Source: Pachysolen tannophilus NRRL Y-2460 (taxonomy: Eukaryota). From it: a DNA stretch of 64,000 nucleotides. Positions 11,477 to 22,858 of this stretch are shown one piece after another. Position 1 is the first letter of the stretch; every line of letters starts with the position of its first letter. Location: contig KV454014.1 of assembly GCA_001661245.1 (NCBI GenBank), forward strand, positions 636,954 through 700,953. Direction: 5' to 3'. The translations under genes and the position numbers were made by a program. The notes under the pieces are model-generated. The model made no database searches. It saw only the letters and a program-made list of their open reading frames with translations, and was not told the origin of the DNA.

Positions 11477-14032
11477 TTTATCAAATTTTAGCTGCAGTAA
11501 CTATGTGAGATGAGAATACGAGCTCAAAAAAAAAAAATTAAAAAATAAAAAAGACATAGAAAAAATGCAAGGATAATTCTGGATTTATAACCGAATTCAT
11601 TTTTTTAATTCTAATTAATTTAAAAATTGATCCTACTATTCCAAACCTTTTGATGGACTAAAAATAGTAAACCTGTAAAACTACAAAATTCTAAGAAGAA
11701 TTAAAAAGATTACAATAGAAAAACAGCCAAAGCATAAGCAGAAGGCATTATTAATTGCAAGTACATCATTAAGGTTATTGCTTTAATTATCAATATTAAC
11801 CAAGATAAACATGTACAATCATTTTTAAACAATAATGTTAAGATGGGACCAGGCATGTCATAATGCTGGCATCTTGCTCTAACTTTAGATGACATAATAT
11901 CTCATAATTAAACATAAAGTTTTTTTTTTTCCAAAACCAAGAATAATCAGGAATCTTAAAGTTTAGTCAAGAATCAAAAAGTTAAGACAAACTTAAATCT
12001 TGGATGGATGTTTTAAATTTTCTTTACGTTATGATGACTTCACCATTTAAAGTTACGGGACTATATATATGATATCTATGATTGAATATAAAATTGAAGA
12101 CCATTGTACGTTTTTATTATGGAGCAAAAGAAAAAAAAAAACAATATTATGATAATGCCGTTTGAGCGGCTTTCTTTGAGAACAAATGTGGCAAAAATAA
12201 AAATTGAAAAATTGAAAAATTGAAAATGAAGAAAAGGATCAATAATCGATAATTAACGAAGAAAAAAATAACGAAAAAACGGTGTAATCAGCGTAAACCA
12301 TCTATTCATGTTCATGTCATGTATACGTTAAATGTAGTTCCTGAAACTGTATCATGCTGTTGCAAGGTGTACCTCAGCGCAAGCGCTTATTTTTTTTTTT
12401 TTTTTCATTTTTTTTTTTGATTTTCCTAGTAGACCCGAGATCATCATAAAATATAGACCAAGAACCTCTTTTTTTGCAAAGCTCACTTTAGGAACCAGTA
12501 GGAACAAAATTGAGTTCTTAACTAGAGATAAAGGCACTACTTAAAACTGTAAGCTATAAATTACATAATTATTATAGCATTTACCCACATGTATCGGCCA
12601 ATGGATGAATCAAAAAAAAAATCAATTATAAAAAAATAGTTACCCCAGTCAATATTGTCTAAGATTGCGGCGTTTTTTTGTTTTTTTTTTTTGATCTAAA
12701 AAAAAAGATTACCTGCATATAGCATGAGACTGCATAATCGTGATGCATTCGAGGGAAATCAAGAAATAACAGAGTAAAATGCGATAATAAAAAAATTGAC
12801 TATCAAGATCCCTTCAACTTTCTTTCATGTAGAACAAAACACAAATATACAAAAATATGGTATAAATTCAAGAGTCTTATCAGAAAAAATTATCCATTAA
12901 ATAATTAAAATTTCAAGAAAAAAAAAATTCTTCATTTTTTATTAGTGGTCTCTTTTTAGTTTTTTTCATTACTTTATATGGATCTGTAACTTTAGTTAGT
13001 CAAGTTATAGGTCACACTGATCTTTGCTTGCATTGTAACAAAATGAACAATAAGAGGGCGAAAATTAGAATTTTTTCGCAACGGAATATTCTGGGAAGGA
13101 ACTTTAAGTTTTAAAGCTTTATGCTTTTTTTTTATTTATTTTATTTTATTTTATTTTATTTTTTTGACTCTATTAAGGATACATAGAAGCTAAGCACCGG
13201 ATTTTCGTTGATATTTCACATTTGTATATACACACTGTAATTAATTTTTTAAATATTGTGTTTTTCTTTGAGTTTCTGATACTAAGCTTAGATAGAAAGT
13301 ACAAAATAATAAATCCTTTCTTATTAATTAGGTCTGACCATTAATGCACAAATAGAATTTTTTCTTTTTTTCTTGTAATTGCAAAGCGGATCGAAGTTGA
13401 TGGTCATCGTACTTAACTTCGAGAAAAAAATAAAAAAAAAAAAAAAAATTGCATGTCTCAAATCTCACTTGGTGTAATTTGATCTCAAATATCCTATTTT
13501 CGCCATGATTACATGAACTTGTTTAATAATCCAATTACTCATAATTTCTTGCGTCATAAAGATCTCTACTAAGGATTTATATACTAAGAATAATATTACA
13601 TTTATTAATTTATGTTTTTCGTTAAAAGGAAAGTAAGTACAAAAATAAATTTTTTTCTTAATGAAAACAAAAAAAAAAAAACAAATTTCGGTCTAGAGAC
13701 TATTGAAGGCTATTGATAAGCTTACTCCAAAAGAAAATTTTTTTTATTTCTCGTTTATAGATTTGTAGATCTTTAAAATTATAAGCTGAGGGGAATCATT
13801 GCAAAAAGAAGGTTAATTGAAAGATTGAAACCGGTATCCGAAGATTTACCTTGAAAAAACCAAAAAAAAAAAAAAATTAAACTCTAAAAGTAAAGGCCTT
13901 TTCATAAGCGTAGAAGAAGAAAATTATCATGTTTAGCTTTTTAGATTATTATTGTTGAAAAATTTTTAAAATTTTTAAATTTAAACCACACTTTATAACG
14001 TGTTCAACAGTTTTTTTTTTTTTTTTTTTTTT

Positions 14033-14400
14033 NNNNNNNNNNNNNNNNNNNNNNNNNNNNNNNNNNNNNNNNNNNNNNNNNNNNNNNNNNNNNNNNNNNN
14101 NNNNNNNNNNNNNNNNNNNNNNNNNNNNNNNNNNNNNNNNNNNNNNNNNNNNNNNNNNNNNNNNNNNNNNNNNNNNNNNNNNNNNNNNNNNNNNNNNNNN
14201 NNNNNNNNNNNNNNNNNNNNNNNNNNNNNNNNNNNNNNNNNNNNNNNNNNNNNNNNNNNNNNNNNNNNNNNNNNNNNNNNNNNNNNNNNNNNNNNNNNNN
14301 NNNNNNNNNNNNNNNNNNNNNNNNNNNNNNNNNNNNNNNNNNNNNNNNNNNNNNNNNNNNNNNNNNNNNNNNNNNNNNNNNNNNNNNNNNNNNNNNNNNN
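14033..14400. other. Assembly gap
   Basis: Run of N between poly(T) tracts. Confidence 0.99.
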
Positions 14401-15662
14401 TTTTTTTTTTTTTTTTTTTTGTTATCAATTTTTCTTTCAACAATAAAATTTGAGGTATGATCCATTTTTTTTTTTTTTTTTTTTTACTAATAGCGTATTC
14501 AACAGCGACTGCTTTCTACTTAATTGAACCAACTAAAAAATGACTTGGCATGTAATTCACTCACATTTAAGGAGCCAAAAACATACAGTCTTTAGGGCGT
14601 ATCACTATTTATACAGCGTACATCTCTTTCTTTACTTGATTTATTTTAAAATTTTCTAGATAGGCCTCCGATAAATGATAAATTAAAAGAAAAAAAAAAA
14701 AAAAAAAGAAAAAAATCCGAAATTGGCCCTGTAAAATAATTTTAGTGAGATGTATCTTCACGAGGTTTGCTAATTAAATTCAAAGGCCTTTTTTTGTTAA
14801 AAATATAGTAAAAATTATTATTATTTTTTTTTAGTCAACTTTGTTGTCTCTGTTGATCATTTCACCAAAAGAGCTATTTTTACTTAATGCAATTAATATG
14901 TGTGTTAAATAGATTTTCATCTACTTCGAGTTCTTGAGTAAAAGACAGCACTAAATTTAAATATGCAGATATGGAATAGTGAATAGTTATAGTTATTAAG
15001 CGAATTAAATTAACAAGCATAAAAGTATAGTTTGAACATATATAGATTAAAATTGTCCTGCTCTAGTTCATAGTGATTAGGATAACCAATATAACAAGAT
15101 CAATATTATAATGAAAGAAATGAAATTTCACCCTGGGAGAAAACCCCAAGACTGATTGATCAACCAACCTCTCAATCTTTCAGTTTTTTTTTTCTTGAAT
15201 AATATAAAAATCTATATGTTCTTAAAAAAAAACGGGAGTAATCCTCCCATTCTAGTCCAGTAAAAACAAAAGTCGGATCGGACACACTTACATCATCCAC
15301 TCACTGCCTTCTCAACAGGATAAGTTCGGGTTAAAGAAATTCAACTTACAAATCTTTTATATTGTATTTGTATTATATTATGTTGCCATTATGGTAGTGT
15401 GACTGGCTGCTTACTGTTCTCTAATAAGTAATTAATGAGTAATATAGGAATCTAGAGATAAAGAAGAAAAAAAAAAAGAAAACATAAAAATAAAAACGCA
15501 ATAAAGTAATTATAATTATAGGGAAGTGGTAAGGGTTGTAGTAGATAGATAGTAGAATCAATATAGGAAGTGGTCCAAAGTGAGAAACAAATTAAATTTT
15601 ATTATAACCAAAGTCAAAAGAAAAGATTTTTTATTTTAATTTTTTTTTAGCTATTTTTAATT

Positions 15663-16541
15663 ATGGTAAACAATAGAAGAATACTACATCATGCTTCCGT
15701 AGCTTCCTTATCTTCCTCATCAATGATGGGATATGATAACCATCCAACAAAAGTTGCAGATCTCAAAGTTGTATTGTTGGGAGAGTCGGCGGTTGGGAAG
15801 TCGTCGTTGGTCCAAAGATTTGCAACAAATTCATTTGATAACAATAGAGAGAGTACGATTGGTGCAGCTTTTATAACGAAGAAAATTTACTTAAGTGATG
15901 AAAATCTTAATAATAATAGTAATGAGTTGAAATTGATAAATTTTCAAATATGGGATACTGCTGGTCAAGAACGGTATAAGTCCTTAACACCAATGTATTA
16001 TAGAAATGCAAATGTCGCTATTGTTGTTTATGATTTGACCGATTATCAAAGTCTTAAAAAAGCTGAAAATTGGGTCAATGAGTTAAAACTTTATATTAGA
16101 GATAACCAATTTGAGAATTCTAGTGTTTCAGCTAAAAATTCTTTAACTATATATCTTGTGGGGAATAAACTAGATTTGTTATCTATAAAGGAAAATGAAG
16201 GACCCGGTAATAATGACAATAATAGTGGTGACATGAACAATGATAACGATACAAGTAGAACCACATTTGAATCAGAACCACAAGAGTTTCCCTTGTCTTT
16301 GAATAATATTCAAACCTACAAGACGAGTGCTTTGACTGGTGAAGGAATAGATACTTTATTTAATAGTATAATAAACGATGTCACAGATGATCAATTTGTT
16401 GATGTTGATGATTTAGATTTTGATAAGAATTCAAAGAATCACAAAAATTCTAGAAATGGGTTATTGGTGGATTTGACTGCTGGAAGAGGAGGAACAAACT
16501 CAAGTGACGGGTTTACTGAGTTTGGAGGGTGTAGTTGCTAA
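15663..16541 (+). CDS. Rab5-family GTPase (Ypt52/Vps21/Ypt10-like)
   Basis: GESAVGKSS, ESTIGAAF, WDTAGQERY, GNKLD, TSA and a C-terminal CSC prenylation motif. Confidence 0.92.
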   Translation: MVNNRRILHHASVASLSSSSMMGYDNHPTKVADLKVVLLGESAVGKSSLVQRFATNSFDNNRESTIGAAFITKKIYLSDENLNNNSNELKLINFQIWDTAGQERYKSLTPMYYRNANVAIVVYDLTDYQSLKKAENWVNELKLYIRDNQFENSSVSAKNSLTIYLVGNKLDLLSIKENEGPGNNDNNSGDMNNDNDTSRTTFESEPQEFPLSLNNIQTYKTSALTGEGIDTLFNSIINDVTDDQFVDVDDLDFDKNSKNHKNSRNGLLVDLTAGRGGTNSSDGFTEFGGCSC

Positions 16542-16576
16542 AGTAAATATTTACAATGTACTTTTATTAAACCTAA

Positions 16577-18715
16577 CTATACTATTACTTTAAATAAATA
16601 ACCCAATAAGAAAAAAAATAAATATCTTAAATCAACGTTATACTTGATGGAAAACATTAACAAAAAGCAAGAGAAAATTAGTAAAAAAATCGGATGTTTA
16701 AGCCAATAAGTTATAAAATGTGCATTATAATCTTTATATGGTAATGTCAATAATTTTCCATCACCAACACCAACACCAACATCAACATCTGTTGGATCAA
16801 TTTCTTTCTCAAAAGATTTTACCGTAAGTAACGTATCAGCAGACGATCTCTTATCATGGAAATTCATAAATGGCTGATGGTGAAGGCGGCTATCGCTCGT
16901 GGACTCATTATTTACCGAAATGGCTTTCAACTTTTCATAGATGTGATCTAATGTAATTATGACATCTTTCAGAAAAGGTCTCTTGGATGGATTTATATTG
17001 CACATGGAATTAATCAAGTCGATAAAATCTTTCAACAAGTAAGAATCATTAGTTTTATCTATTTCAGCGAGATTTTCAATATCAATGATCTTTCTACTGT
17101 TGAGAATTTCTTTATTATCGTAAAGGAAAAAATATTCACTCCTATTTTGATAATAATCTTTAATTTTATGTCTGATTAACTCCAGGTCATAGTTACCTTC
17201 AGTTCCATAAGGTAATTTGTTAAAACATAAATAGTATAATATCAAACCCAATGAATAAATATCGGTTTTCTTATTAAATTCATTTAAGCGATCACTGTTA
17301 TTTCCGGCACATTTTACTAATAACTCTGGAGCCGTATATTCTAAAGTACCTGTATACCCACTTGATTCTCTTTTAGTTCCTTCAAATATAGATTCACCAA
17401 AATCACTAACACATACTACGGGTATTCTATTCATATCATGAACAGAATTCACTTTTACTTTTTTGAAATCAATTTTTTTCTTTAAAAGACAATTTGAAGG
17501 TTTTAAATCTCTATGAATGATATGATTTTTGTGTAATTTATAGACACCGCTGCAAATATCTTTAAAAATTTTGAAAATTTCAAAATTATTTAAATAAAAA
17601 GTTTCATCTTTTGCCAATAAATTCTTGTTACCAATTTTCTTTAAAGTTTTCAATAACAGTTTTTTCTCCAAGAAACCTTTTGGCTTATTGAGATTCAGGA
17701 TTAAAGTTTCTAAATTTCCACCATCGCAATATTCAAATAATATAAATACACAAGGTATTTTTGGACCAAAAGTTGATATATTATCAATTTCTAACCAGAC
17801 ATGATTGTAATTAACCAAATTTTTCGTGCCATCTATATTAATGAAATTTTCATCATCTTCATCTTCATCTTCATCATTATCTTCGTCATGATCATTACTG
17901 TTGTTATTAGTTAAAGAATAGAGAAAGTTCACTTCTTTTAATATTTTTTCTAAATTTTCAATATTATTCCCTATTCCAATTTTCTTTAAAGCAAATACAC
18001 CTAAAGTTAAATCACTCAAGTTATGTTCTACTTTGAAAACTACTCCATTAGATCCATTACCTAATTTCTCTAAAATTTTAAAGAATTTATGGAAATAATT
18101 TGGTGAAAATAAATTTTTGGGAATGTTACCATATACATCAAAGGAAGCACTTGAATTCCCATCTTCAAGTTCAACTTCTTCAATGCTTGCAGATAATCTT
18201 GGAAGTAAATTATGCGTACGCGTTTCAGAATCAGTTTCAGTATCAACTTCATTATTGTTAGTGGCTTCGTAATCTAAATTGGCCAACAACTTAAAATAAT
18301 TACTATCCATATAAATAGCATTACTATCTGTATTAAAACCATGATTATGATCACCATCTGTATCGTTAAAACCTTGAGCACCATCGTGGAATTGAATATT
18401 GTAACCACAATTAGGACAAATTAAATAACCATCACCGCTTAAATGAGTACTAGATCTAACTCCGGATTTTCCTGTTGCTGCTTCATGTCTATCTATAACA
18501 TGATTACCGCCTAAATTATCATTCACACTTCCATAAAATGTATAGTTGGAATTGCCGCCATCATCATTGTTAATTTCACTTCCAGAACTACTATTTAAAT
18601 TGGACTTAACAATTTCAAAAGTATTTTTGGATTTATTATATAAAATTAGCGCATCTGATGGAGGATGATTCAACACTATTTTTAATTCATCATTTTTATA
18701 TAACACTACCGACAT
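16577..18715 (-). CDS. IKS1: Iks1-like Ser/Thr protein kinase with C-terminal hydrophobic segment
   Basis: LGNGSNGVVFKV, FALKKI, YNHVWLE, FGPKIPCVFILFEYCDGGNLE, HRDLKPSN, SDFGE; N-terminal CPNCG and YFKLL. Confidence 0.85.
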   Translation of the reverse strand: MSVVLYKNDELKIVLNHPPSDALILYNKSKNTFEIVKSNLNSSSGSEINNDDGGNSNYTFYGSVNDNLGGNHVIDRHEAATGKSGVRSSTHLSGDGYLICPNCGYNIQFHDGAQGFNDTDGDHNHGFNTDSNAIYMDSNYFKLLANLDYEATNNNEVDTETDSETRTHNLLPRLSASIEEVELEDGNSSASFDVYGNIPKNLFSPNYFHKFFKILEKLGNGSNGVVFKVEHNLSDLTLGVFALKKIGIGNNIENLEKILKEVNFLYSLTNNNSNDHDEDNDEDEDEDDENFINIDGTKNLVNYNHVWLEIDNISTFGPKIPCVFILFEYCDGGNLETLILNLNKPKGFLEKKLLLKTLKKIGNKNLLAKDETFYLNNFEIFKIFKDICSGVYKLHKNHIIHRDLKPSNCLLKKKIDFKKVKVNSVHDMNRIPVVCVSDFGESIFEGTKRESSGYTGTLEYTAPELLVKCAGNNSDRLNEFNKKTDIYSLGLILYYLCFNKLPYGTEGNYDLELIRHKIKDYYQNRSEYFFLYDNKEILNSRKIIDIENLAEIDKTNDSYLLKDFIDLINSMCNINPSKRPFLKDVIITLDHIYEKLKAISVNNESTSDSRLHHQPFMNFHDKRSSADTLLTVKSFEKEIDPTDVDVGVGVGDGKLLTLPYKDYNAHFITYWLKHPIFLLIFSCFLLMFSIKYNVDLRYLFFFLLGYLFKVIV

Positions 18716-19275
18716 TTTCGTCTCAAGATATCTTACCCATCCTATCCCAAGAATAGTAGAATCAATCTGAATTATTAATTAAATAGTTAAGATACAAAAA
18801 TAAGCATAAACTTGATGTTTTCTTTCTTATATTCAAAAGGGGCGTTTCGTTTGGTTTTATCTTAAATCTACAATTACAAAATAAAACTAAAATGAATAAG
18901 CTTAAAAGATTACAGCAAAAAAGATTGTAACAGTGGTAATTATGATAAAAAAGAATTATATATATATATATTTATAATTTAAAGCAGCATTATAAATAGT
19001 TGGTTAAATTCGTAAATTTCAGCTAATACAGTCCTGTTAAAAATAAAAAAAAATTGTCGTAGTATTTTTTTTTTGTCTTTCTTTCTTTCTTTCTTATTTT
19101 AATGCTTGAAACTTTCCGTCATTTCTTAAAATAAAAAAGTTTTATCTTTTTTCTTTTTTTTGTCTTTATTTGCTATTTGGATCTCTTGCAAGATGAAAAA
19201 GCTTTGTCTTTCTGAAGTGTTCTTGAAATGAATGTCTAGTGCAACACTACAAGTTATTCTTTTTTTTTTTTTTTG

Positions 19276-20867
19276 TTATTGATTTGGGTTGAAAACTTGG
19301 GCAAAAGAACTATTCTTGTCACCGTTTTGTTGCCATTCTGACATGATACTTTCCAAGATAGTCAAACCGCTGGTAATACCGACTGTAACACTTACTGGCA
19401 ATCCATAACCACCAAATAATTCACTAAAGGCCACAATTAAAGATAAGATACCTGCACCAGTAATGGATGCAGTTGGAATAACTTTGTTCAATTCTTTTGT
19501 TATAGCAGAGTCTCTATAACCCAAGATAGAAATTCCTTGTTCTTTAAAAGTCTTTGATAAATCATTACCAGAAGATCCTGAAACTGACGACCATGTTTTA
19601 GAAAATGAAATTGAAGTTGTGATGATGAAAAATGAGTATATTATAGTTTGTAAAAATTTGGAAATAATTGAATTATAGATTGGGGATGGGGAAAGATAAT
19701 ACAATAAACCACTAGTTAATTCATAATGAATTGAAGAAGATGATATAATATCATAATCTGCCAAGAATGTCTTTACTAATGTATTTGAAGCCATTTTTCT
19801 AGAAATTGCATAACCAAAAATGTTTAAATTGTATAAAACGGTAAAAGTGAATAAAATTGGCAATGAACCACAAAATAATAATTTTATTGGATAAGATTGA
19901 GACATTGACCTAACTTTTGTTGATTTAATTGTTAATTCAAATCTAAAATTTGCCAAATACATGACAATGGCAAATGTAATAATGGTAATATAAAATTGGT
20001 TTAAATTACTAAAATTCAATCTATTAAAAGATGAAATGATTGCAGATCCCAAAGGTTTAGTTCTAATATTTTTCATCAAGTTAACTAATGAGCCAACACT
20101 TTCAAAACCTCTAGCTGTTTTCAAGACTTGAATACCAATTGTGTTATAAGCAAAATTAGAAGCAATTGCAATAGTAAGTAAACTTAAAACACCAGATGAA
20201 AATCCATAACCTTTATCAATTAATTCAACCAATAAGGTAACAAACAACGTAGTTAAAGTGATCTGAGCAACAATAAGTGCCAGAGTAGTTAAAGATAATG
20301 GATTTCCAACAGAAGAATCAAAATATCCACTAGAAACCAACAGAATTGAATAAATAAAACTTAAAAAGACACTGGTAAGTTTTTGTAAAGTTTGAAACAA
20401 CAGTCTATCAGATTTCAAAGTGAAATTGACATTTAATAATCTGTTCCCAGCTGCAAGTTGCCACAAGAAAGCTGATGTCAAAATTGGTAATAAACCAAAC
20501 TCTAATAAAGTACCCTTTTCACTTCCAAAGATTGGCCTCAACCAGTAAAACGGATCTTTGATTGATAACTGTTCAGCTACTTTCACACCAACAATTGGAA
20601 ACTGCAATAGTAGATAAATAAAACATGAAACAAATGTGTAGATGATCTTATCATCAAATTCAGATTTCCCAAGAGAAATTTCAATTTCTGGAATAATAGA
20701 ACCAAAAGGTTTCATTAAATCAAGAAGGCGAACTATATTAAAAAAAAAAAGCACAAACTTTTAGTTAGTAAACATATACATATAACCGAAAGCAAAAGCA
20801 AAAACAAAAAAAAAAAAAAGATAAAAAAAAAACAACCAAACATTGATAATAACATACAACTACTCAT
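19276..20867 (-). CDS. SSH1: Sec61 paralogue Ssh1; exon 1 20867-20858, intron 20857-20733, exon 2 20732-19276
   Basis: ATGAGTAGTT|GTATGT, TACTAAC at 20770-20764, TAG|TTCGC. The spliced start is MSSFRLLDLMKPF. SecY-family TM pattern with GTLLEFG and YPIKLL. Confidence 0.92.
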
Positions 20868-21149
20868 AGTCTATACTTTAAGCAAATAATTACTTTTGAA
20901 TTTGATATATAAATTAATATATTTCAATAACTACTGTTTATCAATTATCGGTTTTTTTATCTCGTCCAATTAAGGCTTCATTCACTTTCTGAACGAAAAT
21001 TTGGTCAATGAAAAAAAACAAAAAAATTGAATAAAAAGTAGTGTATTAAGATGAATTAAAGAGATGAATTGCGTTCGTTTAAAAGAACAGAAGAGAAGAG
21101 AAGAGAAAGAGTTAGTTAAATATATTGGAGATTCGGTTGGTATAAGGTT

Positions 21150-21920
21150 ATGCCGGTTAAAGAGATAGGATTGGGGTCAGTAACGGGATCAGGGTCCCAA
21201 GTAGAGGAGTCAGATTTGTCTATTGCGGATGTTGATTCCAAGATAAGTTATAGCGATGCTATAGATTATTGGACTTCTATACCTCCAACTGTGGATGGAG
21301 TACTTGGTGGTTTTGGAGAACAAACTTCAGTTCCAAAAGCAGATATTGTTGGATCAAATACTTTTATAAGAAAATTGAAGACAAGGTTTTCTGTGGAAGA
21401 AGGGAAGGTGAAATATGGTATTGATTTTGGTGCAGGAGTTGGTAGAGTTACTAAGGATTTCTTGGTAAAGCATTGTGACAAAGTTGATCTTTTGGAACCT
21501 GTGGTACCATTTGTTGAAAAAATGAAGACAAATTTATCTGAATATATAGATGAGGGAAAGATTGGTGAAATTTACCAAATTCCGATGCAAGATTGGGAAC
21601 CTGAACCTAAAAAATATTATTTAATATGGTGTCAATGGTGTTGTGGACAACTTCCAGATAATGATTTTTTAAAATGGTTAGATAATTGTAAAAAAGCAAT
21701 ACAAGAAAATGGATTATTGGTAATAAAGGAAAATAATAGTACTTCAGATACTGATATTTTTGATGAAGTAGATAGTTCAAAGACAAGAACTGATGAAAAT
21801 TTTAGAAAATTATTTAAAAAAGCTGGTTGGAAATTAATTTCTACTGATAAACAAAAAGGTTTACCAAAAGAATTACTCCCTGTTAGAATGTATGCTTTAA
21901 AACCTGAAATAGAGAATTAG
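21150..21920 (+). CDS. TAE1: Alpha-N-terminal protein methyltransferase (Tae1/Ntm1)
   Basis: YWTSIPPTVDGVLGGFG, DFGAGVGRVT, IWCQWC, KEN, DSSKTR, GLPKELLPVRMYAL. Confidence 0.93.
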   Translation: MPVKEIGLGSVTGSGSQVEESDLSIADVDSKISYSDAIDYWTSIPPTVDGVLGGFGEQTSVPKADIVGSNTFIRKLKTRFSVEEGKVKYGIDFGAGVGRVTKDFLVKHCDKVDLLEPVVPFVEKMKTNLSEYIDEGKIGEIYQIPMQDWEPEPKKYYLIWCQWCCGQLPDNDFLKWLDNCKKAIQENGLLVIKENNSTSDTDIFDEVDSSKTRTDENFRKLFKKAGWKLISTDKQKGLPKELLPVRMYALKPEIEN

Positions 21921-22069
21921 TAAGATAATAATACTACATTAAATAATAACTAGAAATTAAAATTCCATTAAAATCTATATAAATACTTCAAAAAAAAATT
22001 ATTGGTTAGTAACTTATTTCTTCTTTATAAGATATCTTCTTTATTCAACTACTACATATCTTCAAAATT

Positions 22070-22166
22070 TATAAATCAGATAGGGGTGAAAGACTAATTT
22101 CGATGGTTGTTTTTATCTTCATACTAATTCAGTTGAACTATGCATTACTTTTCATCATCATTTTCT
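22070..22166 (-). ncRNA. SNR60: Box C/D snoRNA, snR60 orthologue (25S Am817 and Gm908 guides, S. cerevisiae numbering)
   Basis: Minus strand: box C ATGATGA (22161-22155), guide GCATAGTTCA + D' CTGA (22132-22129), C' TGAAGA (22121-22116), guide ATTAGTCTTTCACCCCTAT + D CTGA (22079-22076). The guides complement 25S UGAACUAUGC and AUAGGGG(C)GAAAGACUAAU, and the D+5 rule lands on A and G. Ends approximate. Confidence 0.9.
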
Positions 22167-22858
22167 ATAAATTTTATCAAATTGTATTTTGTAGTTAAAA
22201 CCAATTGAAACCAAGGCATGCTTGATAAAAAAACACAACTTACAATTTTTATTGATCACCAATTATTACTTGCTCGTTTATCAATTACTTATTTATTTTA
22301 AACAAATTTTCAATAATTAAAAGAGTTGAAAAATGAAAATTTTTTCTTAAATGCGTTTTTTTTTTCAAATATGCGTAATTTTCCACACCACCAAAACTCC
22401 GCTTTTACAAACACATATAATTTTTCAATAATGTAAAATACAATATCAAAATGAAAAGGGTAAATTAAAAGTTGTAAGAAACATAACATTAACAAAGAAA
22501 AATAAATGAAAAATAAATCCAAAGGTAAAGCAAACCAAGAATTGTTCTTTTTAAACCAACTGCTTCAAACGCCTAAGAAACATTTGCTTGAACCGCTAAA
22601 AAATTCACTTATTTTTACCGTCGCTAAATAATAGAAAGAGAAGAAAATTAAAATTAAAAAAAAAAAAAAGTACCACAAATCATTAAATTATTATACAATA
22701 AAACAAGCAAACATAGTGAAAAATTAAAAATTTGATATTGAATTTCAAATTTCTAGAACAGAAAACTTTTTATGTTCCTTAAATTTTTTTTCCGTCTTTT
22801 TTTTTCTTTATTTTCAATTGTATTCATTTTTTTTTTTTTTGTTTGGAAATAAATAAAT

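Noticed and set aside
22080..22098. rRNA fragment or NUMT (ATAGGGGTGAAAGACTAAT)
   Set aside because: Better explained as the antisense guide of the minus-strand snoRNA, since it abuts a D box
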